Below, in pieces: positions 37,406 to 46,000 of a DNA stretch of 63,940 nucleotides. Within the stretch, counting starts at the first letter, position 1. Every line of letters begins with the position of its first letter. Below the pieces are notes generated by a model, which worked only from the letters and a program-made list of their open reading frames with translations, searched no databases and was not told the DNA's origin. A program made the translations under genes and the position numbers. The stretch spans positions 1 to 63,940 of the forward strand of contig CAYMRB010000003.1 of the NCBI GenBank assembly GCA_964392615.1. Reading direction: 5' to 3'. Source of the stretch: an uncultured Planctomycetia bacterium (GTDB lineage: Bacteria; Planctomycetota; UBA8108).

Positions 37406-37488
37406 GTGATCGAGACCGTCGGCAGGATGGCGGTGCTAACGCTCGACCGGCCTCGCGACGGATATCGCCTCGATGTTTGCGCTGGCCG

Positions 37489-40400
37489 TCAGGGGCACCC
37501 GTTGATCGGGATGCACGCGGTCGTCTCACGGCCAGGAATCGCGAGCGCATGGGGCGGCGCGTCGAGGAACAGGAACCCGAGGATCCCGATGCCATCGGAC
37601 ACGTCGATGACACCGTCGGGCTGCCAGTCCAGTAGCGTAAGATTGGCCGGATCGCCGCCCCTGCCGTCACCGCACGCGAACCGAGCGGGCGCGCCGAGGA
37701 ACAGGACGCCGAAAACGCAAACCGAGTCGGAAAGGTCGAGCTCGTCATTCCCGTTGCAGTCTCCCGGAACCCGGCAGCTGACGATCTCGCAGTCGTCGGG
37801 GATGCCGTTCGCGTCGATGTCGGTATGGTCGCCGGACGCGATCTCGCAGACATCCGGAACCCCGTTTTCGTCGCAGTCGGTGAGATCGCCGGACGCGATC
37901 TCGCACACATCGGGAATCCCGCTCTCGTCGCAGTCGGCGAGCGCGCCGGACGCGATCTCGCACATATCGGGAATCCCGCTCTCGTCGCAGTCGGCGAGAT
38001 CGCCGGACGCGATCTCGGCGTCGTCCGGAACGCCGCTCTCGTCGCAGTCCGGCTCGCAAGTGTCCGGCACGCCGTCGCGGTCGACGTCGGGAACGTCACC
38101 CGCCGCGATCTGACAGACATCGAGAACGCCGTCGCTGTCGCAGTCGTTGTTCGAGGTCGACGCCGACACGTTGCGAACGAGGCTCAACGTGCCCGTCCTG
38201 CCGTTCGAGCTGACGAAGTCCATCCGGCCGTCGAGGTCGATGTCTGCATGCGCGAGGCCCAGAGGGCGGTTGCCGACCCCGAGGCCCAGCGTGTCGCGAA
38301 AGGTGCCGTCTCCGTCGCCGAAGTAGATCATCGCGAGACCGCGCTGGCTCAGCCCGGCGACGTCGAGTGCACCATCCGCGTCGAAGTCCCCGATGCTCAG
38401 GTTGTCCAAGTAGTAGTCGAACGTCAGGGCCGCGGAGGCCGTGAAGCTCCCGGCGCCTTCGTTCGTGAGCACGACCAGATCGTAGTCCGGCCTGTGCGTC
38501 GCGACGATGTCCCCGCGGCCGTCGCCGTTCAGGTCTCCCACGGCGAAGCTGATCAGGCCGCGCCCGGTGAGCACGAGGTAGGGCGCTGCGAAGGTCCCGT
38601 CTCCGAGTCCGGGGTAGATCGCGATTCCGTCGAGACCCGTATGGTTGTCATCCACGCCGATCGCGATGTCGACGGTCTGATCGCCGTCCACGTCCGCGGT
38701 CGCGAGCCAGCGCGACCGGCGAGACCACGGGGGATTGAGAACCTCCGGATCGCCGAAATTCCCGCCGCCCTGGCCACGAAAGACCAGCACATCGTGTCCA
38801 GTCCCTACGATGAGGTCCGGTTGTTCGTCGCCGTCCACGCTCGTCACGGCTAGACGGAACGGGGTATCCCTAGTGGGAATCTCGGTACGCTCGAAGCGAC
38901 GGGCCTCGGTCTGATGGAGAATCGAGACGACATCGTCGCCCCAGTCCGCCGTCACCAGATCGAGAAGTCCGTTGCCGTCGAGATCGAACGCGAGCACATG
39001 GGCCTGACGACTCGCGGTGTCGAGCGTCTGCCGTTCCGGGTCAGCGAACACGTCTCCCCAGAGAACCGTCACGTGCGGCCGCTCTTGATCCGCGACGACC
39101 ACGTCCGGGCTGCCGTCGCCGTCGAGGTCATCCGCCAGGACGAATCCGGGCTGCACTCCGACCGGTGGAACCGGCGTCCACGACACATGGCCGGTCGGGC
39201 TGCCGCGGACGATGAGCAAGTCGACGGCGTCCGCGACGAGAAGGTCACCGTTGCCGTCGTCGTCGAGGTCCGCCGGCAGGACTCCGACCTGTGTGGCGCC
39301 GATGGAGACCTGCTCGGGTTCCGCGAAGAGCGGCACGCCATCGGCGGTCGGAGTGTAGACGAACAGGGCCTCGTCGTCTGACGTCGCGACGATCAGACTT
39401 GGCGTGCCGTCCCGTTCCGTCACGGCGAAGGACCAAACTCCCCCCGGGAGGTTCGTCGGCACGCCGGCATCGAAGGAACCGTCCTCCTGGGCGCGATGCG
39501 TGATGAATCGCCCGCTGAAGCCGCCGGCCCACGTCAGGTCGAGGCGACCGTCGCCGTTCCAATCGGCGACGGCGAGCGCATACGGATTGGTGATGTCGGG
39601 GAGATCGAGTTCGTGCGCGCCGGGCTCGTCGTGTCCGAGGAGGTCGGAGTAGATCACGATGCGGCCACGGAACGAGACGACGATCTCCGCTCGACCGTCT
39701 GCGAGGAAATCCGCGACGATGCTCGTGTGCGCGTTCGTGACCGGGACATCTCGAACGTGCTCGAACGATCCGTCGCCCTGTCCGGAGAGGACGGCGATCC
39801 GGTCGACGGACCGGGAGTGCAGCACGAGATCGAGAGTGCCGTCGCCGTCGAGGTCGCAGAGGTGAGCCGCTTCGCTTCCGTCCGGCGCCGAGGAGTGGTA
39901 GTCGAGCTCGAAGAACGCGCTGTCGGGGTCACCGTTGCCGAGCGCGACCGTGAATCCCCGCTCGTGACCGATCACGGCGTCGGGGATGCCGTCGCCGTTC
40001 ACGTCTTCGGCCGCGAGGCTCATTCCCGGTTCATCGAGAAGCAGTACCGCTTCTCCAGAGATCGCGGATGTCCCCTGGTGCTCGAACACGGTGAATTGCG
40101 GTTGCTCTCGGTCCACGCTGATGATCTCGTCGACACCGTCTTGATCCACGTCAACCAGCGCGACCGTCGGACTTCCGTGCAGCAAGCGGGGAAAGCGCAG
40201 CGGTGCGGCCCAGGCCGGCTCCACGGTCATCTCGCAGGAGTCCGGCACGCCATTGCCGTCACAGTCCTCGAGCCTTCCCGCCTCGATGTCGCAAGCGTCC
40301 GGGATGCGATTGCGATCGCAGTCGAGGGACGGGTCGTCGGCGATGGCGAAGTCGTCCGGCACACCGTCGCGGTCGCAGTCGACCTGACAATCGTCGGGCA

Positions 40401-43008
40401 GTCCGTTCTCGTCGAAGTCGGTGCTGGTACCGGATGCCAGGTCGCAAGCGTCCGGCATGCCGTTCTCGTTGCAGTCCTGCGCCACGCCGAGGGCGATATC
40501 GCACGCGTCGGCAAGGCGGTTCTCGTTGCAATCGGTGTGGGCGCCCGTCGCGATCTCCCAATCGTCGGGGACGTTATTGCCGTCGCAGTCGAGCTCGCAC
40601 TCGTCCGGCGTGCCGTCGGTGTCGACGTCCGCGCTGGTTCCCGCGAGGATGTCGCACGCGTCGAGGATGTCGTTGCGGTTGCAGTCGGTGCCGTTCCTGT
40701 GGCGCGACACGTTCTGAGTGACCGAGAGGGCTCCGGAGCGAGCGTGAGCCACGACGATCTCCGGGAAGCCATCGCCTCCGATGTCGATGAGCACGGCAGC
40801 CGCCTCGTGAGCCCCCATCGGAACGTCGACCTCGGTGTCGAAACCGCCGTCTCCGAGGCCGCGGAGGACTCCGAGGCGCGCCGCCTCGGTGCTGCCGTAG
40901 AAGAGATCGGTGGTGCCGTCCGCGTCGGTGTCGCCCGATCGGAGCCAACGCGCACCGGTCGCGAGCGTCATGTGGCGCGGAGGCTCGAATCCACGGCCAG
41001 AGGTGGCCAGATGGAGGGTCAGCTCCCCCGATCGGAGGTCGGCTACGGCCACGTCGTTTCGATCGTCGCCATCGAGGTCCGCCACGGCGACGGCCGCCGC
41101 ATTCGCGCTGGCGGGCAAAGTCAGGGTGGCCGCGAAGTTTCGTTCCGCGTCGCCGAAGACGACGGTCGCGTCGCCTGAGCTCTGGTTCGCCGTCACGATG
41201 TCGCTGATGCCGTCGCCGTCGACGTCCGAGATGGCGATATCCACCGGACGCCGGCCGACCGTGCGATCGATCGGTTCCAGATAGCCGCCATCCGAGTCGG
41301 CCAGTGCGATCGACACCAGGCCTGCCGGGTTCGATACCGTCACGATGTCGACTCTGTCGTCGCCGTCGACGTCACCGACAGCGACCCGGTCCGAGCGCGT
41401 GAATCCGGTGACCTCTGCGGCGTCGCCAAAGGTGCCGTCGCCCTGGCCGAGCGCAATTCCCACCGTGTCGCGTCCATCGAGAATCACGACGATGTCGAGC
41501 TCGCCGTCCCCATCGACGTCGAAGAGCTTCACATCCCGGGGCGAACGGCCGACCTCGACGCGCGAGCCGAAGCGAAATCCACCGGCAGCGTCCCCGAGCC
41601 AGACGTCGACCCCTCCGAGAGAATAGCTCGGGGTGACGACGTCGACGCGCAGATCGGCATCGATGTGTCCCGCTGCGAGGGAGTTGAGGGTGCGCTCGTC
41701 GTCGGGCTCCCAGGGACGAATCACGCGCCCGGTGCGAAACGTACCGTCGCCATTGCCCAGGGCAACCGCTATGGCGGGCGGCGTCAGATCGAGCGTGACG
41801 AGGTCGCCGTTCCCGTCGCCGTCGACATCCCGGACGACCAGATCGAAGGACCACTGTCCGACGAGCCAGGTGGCGCCCACGACAGGGTCTCCCTCCTCCG
41901 CGAAATCGCGAATCGAGACGCCGCCGAGACGCATCGAGCCGATCAGGAGCTCGTCCTCTCCGTCGCCGTCCACGTCGTGTACCGCGTGCCCGAAGGTGTC
42001 CGGAGCGGCACGGAGGGACTCCAGATCGCTGAACGCCCCGCCACCGAGGCTGCGGAACACGCCCAGCCAGTCGTCGTCGTACACCGAGGCGACGATGTCC
42101 GGCATCGCATCCGCGTCAACGTCTTCGAGAAAGACGCGAGCGAGGCGTCGGGGACCGTTCAAGAGCACTGCGGGCGCAAAGTCGCCACCTCCCATGCCGA
42201 GTAGGACCGACACGTCGCCGCTAGTGTCGAGCCCGACGACGATGTCCGCCGTGCCGTTCGCGTCGACGTCGCCGATCGCGAGGGTATCGGGATCCTCGCC
42301 GGCCGCGTGGTCGATGGGGTCGGCGAACTCGCCATCGCCCTGTCCGTAGAGCACCGAGATGCCGTCGTCCGCCCGGTTGGCCGTCACGATGTCGACGTGG
42401 CCGTCGCCGTCGACGTCCGCGGCCGCGATCGCCCGCGGCTGAGTCCCGGTGGCGAAGAAATCGGGCCCGGAGGGGGTGTTGCCCTCGCGGCCGAGGAAAA
42501 CGCTGACGCCGTCTTGCCCGAGTCGCGACTCGTTCGCCGTCGCCGCGACATCCGCGATGCCGTCGCCGTTGAAGTCGGCGCTGACGACGCCTTCGGGAGT
42601 CCCGAACACGTTCGAGTCGTAGAACGCCTCGAACCGCCCGTCGCCTAGCCCGCGGTGAAACGTCACGCTGTCGTCGGGACGCGAGTGACCGACGGCGACA
42701 TCGAGTACGCCGTCACCGTCGAAGTCGTCGATCGCGAAGGCCTGCGGATACTCGGGGATCGCGTGATGGAACGCCGTCTCGAAGCCCGCGACGAGCGCCA
42801 GGTCGCAGCCGTCGGGAATGCCGTTGCCATCGCAGTCCTGAACGAGCCCGTCGGCGATCGCGGTGGCGTCATCGACTCCGTCGCCGTCGCAATCTTCGGA
42901 GAACGCGTTGGACGCCACAGAGGCGATGGTCGCGACGACGACGAACGCGGCAGTCGACCATCGACTCGCGGCGGGCAGCGTAGGGCGGGGAAGGCGGAAT
43001 GAGGTCAT
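37489..43008 (-). CDS. Giant FG-GAP/VCBS-repeat + thrombospondin type 3-like repeat protein with dockerin-like C-terminus (1839 aa)
   Basis: ORF 37489..43089 trimmed to ATG 43006-43008 (MTSFRLPRPTLPAASRWSTAAFVVVATIASVASNAFS). Three blocks of DCDxNGxPDxC(D/E) Ca-binding-type repeats separate two long runs of FG-GAP/VCBS-type repeats (DxDGDG). Dockerin-like tail. Confidence 0.85.
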   Translation of the reverse strand: MTSFRLPRPTLPAASRWSTAAFVVVATIASVASNAFSEDCDGDGVDDATAIADGLVQDCDGNGIPDGCDLALVAGFETAFHHAIPEYPQAFAIDDFDGDGVLDVAVGHSRPDDSVTFHRGLGDGRFEAFYDSNVFGTPEGVVSADFNGDGIADVAATANESRLGQDGVSVFLGREGNTPSGPDFFATGTQPRAIAAADVDGDGHVDIVTANRADDGISVLYGQGDGEFADPIDHAAGEDPDTLAIGDVDANGTADIVVGLDTSGDVSVLLGMGGGDFAPAVLLNGPRRLARVFLEDVDADAMPDIVASVYDDDWLGVFRSLGGGAFSDLESLRAAPDTFGHAVHDVDGDGEDELLIGSMRLGGVSIRDFAEEGDPVVGATWLVGQWSFDLVVRDVDGDGNGDLVTLDLTPPAIAVALGNGDGTFRTGRVIRPWEPDDERTLNSLAAGHIDADLRVDVVTPSYSLGGVDVWLGDAAGGFRFGSRVEVGRSPRDVKLFDVDGDGELDIVVILDGRDTVGIALGQGDGTFGDAAEVTGFTRSDRVAVGDVDGDDRVDIVTVSNPAGLVSIALADSDGGYLEPIDRTVGRRPVDIAISDVDGDGISDIVTANQSSGDATVVFGDAERNFAATLTLPASANAAAVAVADLDGDDRNDVAVADLRSGELTLHLATSGRGFEPPRHMTLATGARWLRSGDTDADGTTDLFYGSTEAARLGVLRGLGDGGFDTEVDVPMGAHEAAAVLIDIGGDGFPEIVVAHARSGALSVTQNVSRHRNGTDCNRNDILDACDILAGTSADVDTDGTPDECELDCDGNNVPDDWEIATGAHTDCNENRLADACDIALGVAQDCNENGMPDACDLASGTSTDFDENGLPDDCQVDCDRDGVPDDFAIADDPSLDCDRNRIPDACDIEAGRLEDCDGNGVPDSCEMTVEPAWAAPLRFPRLLHGSPTVALVDVDQDGVDEIISVDREQPQFTVFEHQGTSAISGEAVLLLDEPGMSLAAEDVNGDGIPDAVIGHERGFTVALGNGDPDSAFFELDYHSSAPDGSEAAHLCDLDGDGTLDLVLHSRSVDRIAVLSGQGDGSFEHVRDVPVTNAHTSIVADFLADGRAEIVVSFRGRIVIYSDLLGHDEPGAHELDLPDITNPYALAVADWNGDGRLDLTWAGGFSGRFITHRAQEDGSFDAGVPTNLPGGVWSFAVTERDGTPSLIVATSDDEALFVYTPTADGVPLFAEPEQVSIGATQVGVLPADLDDDGNGDLLVADAVDLLIVRGSPTGHVSWTPVPPVGVQPGFVLADDLDGDGSPDVVVADQERPHVTVLWGDVFADPERQTLDTASRQAHVLAFDLDGNGLLDLVTADWGDDVVSILHQTEARRFERTEIPTRDTPFRLAVTSVDGDEQPDLIVGTGHDVLVFRGQGGGNFGDPEVLNPPWSRRSRWLATADVDGDQTVDIAIGVDDNHTGLDGIAIYPGLGDGTFAAPYLVLTGRGLISFAVGDLNGDGRGDIVATHRPDYDLVVLTNEGAGSFTASAALTFDYYLDNLSIGDFDADGALDVAGLSQRGLAMIYFGDGDGTFRDTLGLGVGNRPLGLAHADIDLDGRMDFVSSNGRTGTLSLVRNVSASTSNNDCDSDGVLDVCQIAAGDVPDVDRDGVPDTCEPDCDESGVPDDAEIASGDLADCDESGIPDMCEIASGALADCDESGIPDVCEIASGDLTDCDENGVPDVCEIASGDHTDIDANGIPDDCEIVSCRVPGDCNGNDELDLSDSVCVFGVLFLGAPARFACGDGRGGDPANLTLLDWQPDGVIDVSDGIGILGFLFLDAPPHALAIPGRETTACIPINGCP
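37492..37776 (-). other. Dockerin-like C-terminal module, copy P2
   Basis: CRVPGDCNGNDELDLSDSVCVFGVLFLGAPARFACGDGRGGDPANLTLLDWQPDGVIDVSDGIGILGFLFLDAPPHALAIPGRETTACIPINGCP. Confidence 0.7.
37831..38058 (-). repeat. In-frame tandem repeat, 4 x 57 bp (19-aa unit DCDESGIPDxCEIASGxLx)
   Basis: Units start at 37831, 37888, 37945 and 38002. Units 2 and 3 differ at 3 of 57 positions. The array encodes the last TSP3-like block of the giant protein. Confidence 0.9.
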
Positions 43009-43055
43009 GAGTCGGGATCTCGGTGGATGGGGCGCGTGGTGAGGCGCGCGACGCG

Positions 43056-46000
43056 TCAGGGCGCGTCGCAGGAGATGAAGGGGACGCATACGTTCGACGG
43101 AGAGTCGCGGTCAGCCAGCGGATGGGGAGGTCTGTCGTCGAATAAGAAGCTCAGCCCGGCGACGACGTCGGAGAGGTCGATCTGTCCGTCGCCCTGAAAA
43201 TCGAGAAGCTCCACATTGCCCATGTCGTCGGCGGAGCCGCTCCCGCAAGGCAGCCTCTCCGGTGCGCCCAGGAACAGGAAGCCGACGAGGCAGATCGGAT
43301 CCGAGATGTCGAAGAAGCCGTCCTCGGAGCAGTCTCCCGGTACGAGGCAGCGCGTTTCGCACTCGTCGGGAATCCCGTCGCCGTCCTCATCACGGGCGGT
43401 GCCGTTCCGGACCTCACACGCGTCCGAGACGCCGTCGCCATCGCAGTCCGCCAGCTCCTCGCAGCTGTCCGGTACGCCGTTTCCGTCGCAGTCCTCGGCG
43501 CGCTCCGGCGACCGATTGCTGAAGAGCAGCGGTCCGGGGGACTCCTCGTTCACACCGATAGCATCGACACCGACGAGGTCGGCGGCCCCGTTGCGGTCGA
43601 AGTCCCCCGACGCGATCTTGCGCACGCGTCGTCCGCGTCCGAGTCGCGTCGCGACATCGAACGAGCCCGTCGGCGTCGCGGTCAGGAGCACGATGCTCGA
43701 CGTGTCGCCTCGAGAGTCGGCCGCAGCGATATCGACGCGCCCATCGCGGTTCCAGTCCCCGGTGGCGAGATCCTCGATCCAGCCGTTTCCGAGCGGGATG
43801 CGCTCGGCGAACGAGAAGCCGCTTGCGGTTCCGCGGAAGAGGGCGATCTCGGCCCGTTCGCGACTCGCGACGACGAGGTCGAGAAACCCGTCCTGGTCGA
43901 GCTCCATCGTCAACATGGACTCGACCGATTGAATCGTCGTCGACGTGAGCGTGGGCGGGTTGAACGAACCGTCGCCGCGACCGCGGTAGATCGCGATCTG
44001 CGCCGGCGACAAGCCGCGCGAGACGCCGACGACGTCCGCGTTTCCATCGCGGTCGACGTCGATCGTCTCGATGACGTTGAGAGACGTGCCGATGGACTCG
44101 ATCGGTGGCGAGAACGTGCCGCCGTCGCGTCCCCTGCGCACCGACAGGCCGGAGTTGATCGCGGCGACGAGGTCGAGGAGACCGTCTGCGGTGACGTCCC
44201 GTGCGACGACGTGCTCCTGGAACTCGCCGAACGCGATCGCGGTTCTCGTGATCTGCGTGCGGTCTACGCTCACAGAGAGGATCGACGCCTCGACCGCACG
44301 GCCCGAGTGGGCGATGACCATCTCCGGGCGCGCGTCACCGAGGACATCGACCACGTCGACTCGGGACGGCCACGGGGGCACCTCGACCTCGCCTCCGGGT
44401 ACGAACCTGCCCGTCCCGTTGCCGAAGAGGACCGAGACCGGAATCGAGTTCTGCGTCGAGACCGGTACGAACGAGAGGTCGAGGGTTCCGTCACCGTCGA
44501 AGTCCGCAGCGACGGGAATGCCGCCGGGCGGGCCCGACTGGATGCGCGAGACGACCGGGAACGACGCCGGCGCGACGGCTCGAGAGAGCGCGAGCCCACC
44601 GAACGTCGCGTCGCCAACGAGGACGTCGAGGACTCCGTCGCGATCGAAGTCGGCGACCGCGAGCCCCTCGATCTGTTGCCCGAGCTCGAACTCGCTACCG
44701 GCCTGCGGCAGTCCGTCGACGGTGCCCGCGTCGTGAAAAACCGTTCGGTAGTCAGCGGAGACGATGTCGTCGACGCCATCGTGGTCGAGGTCGGCGATGA
44801 CGACGTAGGGCGGGAACTCCGAACGTATCGGGGTTCCTTCGTCGAACGTCCCATCGCCCGCGCCACGCCAGATCGTGAGGCCATCGTGCTCGCGGGAGTC
44901 TCCGAGGAGGTCGACGTTCCCGTCGCGGTCGAAGTCGAACGCTTCGAGGATCCTGACGATCCGGGTCGGCGACCAGCTCTCACCGCGTGTGAAGCCGCCG
45001 TCTCCGTCGGCCAGGTACACTTGCCGTTCGCGGTCTCCCGCGACGATCAGATCCGGCAGCGAGTCGGAGTTGACGTCGGCGACCTCGACGAGGCTCGGTG
45101 CCTCCTCGAGGCGCACGTCGAACGGGGGCAGGAGGTCACCATTGCCGTAGCCCGGAAAGATCTGCAGCACGCTCTGGCGGTCCGGGATCGTGACGATGTC
45201 GAGCGTTCCGTTGCGATCGAGGTCCTCGATGACGAGGAACCCCACGCGATCGTCCTCCCACCAGATGTTGTGCAGGACCGGGGGGGCGAACTCGCCGTCG
45301 CCGAGCCCGAAGAAGATCGCGAGCTGCCGTTCGAACGAAGCCGTGACGAGCAGATCCAGAACCCCGTCGCGATCGAAGTCTCGGAGCATCGGCAAGCCGG
45401 GATCGCGAGCCTCGTACTCGGTGGGCGACAGAAGACCGCCGAAACCGTCGCCGCGTGCGACGCCGATGCCGAAGCGCTCGCGGAATCGCCACACGATGTC
45501 GGTATTGCCATCGCCATCGAGGTCGCCGGCAGCGATCCCGTCGACGCCGCCGGGTAGCTCGATCATCTCGATCTCGCCGAAGGACATCGCGCCAGGGTCG
45601 ACCTCACACGCGTCGAGGGTGCCGTCACCGTCGCAGTCTGTGGCAGTGCCGATCGCGACCTCGTGGCTGTCAGGAACGCCGTTGCCATCGCAGTCCGGCT
45701 GCGCTTCGTCCGGTACGCCGTTCCCGTCGATGTCGTCGCTCTCCATCGACGCGATGTCGCACGAGTCTGGGATCCCGTTGCGGTTGGCGTCGTCGACGAG
45801 ACCGTCGCGGATCGCCGAGCGATCCGGATAGCCGTCCTCGTCGCAGTCGCTCTCGACCTCGTCCGGCACCCGGTTCTCATCGACGTCGGCGCTGAAGCCC
45901 GTGGCGATATCGCAAACGTCCGGAATGCCGTTCCCGTTGCGGTCGAAGCTCGCGTGTGTGTCGAGATCGGACGCGTCGAGCGTTCCGTTGCCGTTGCAGT

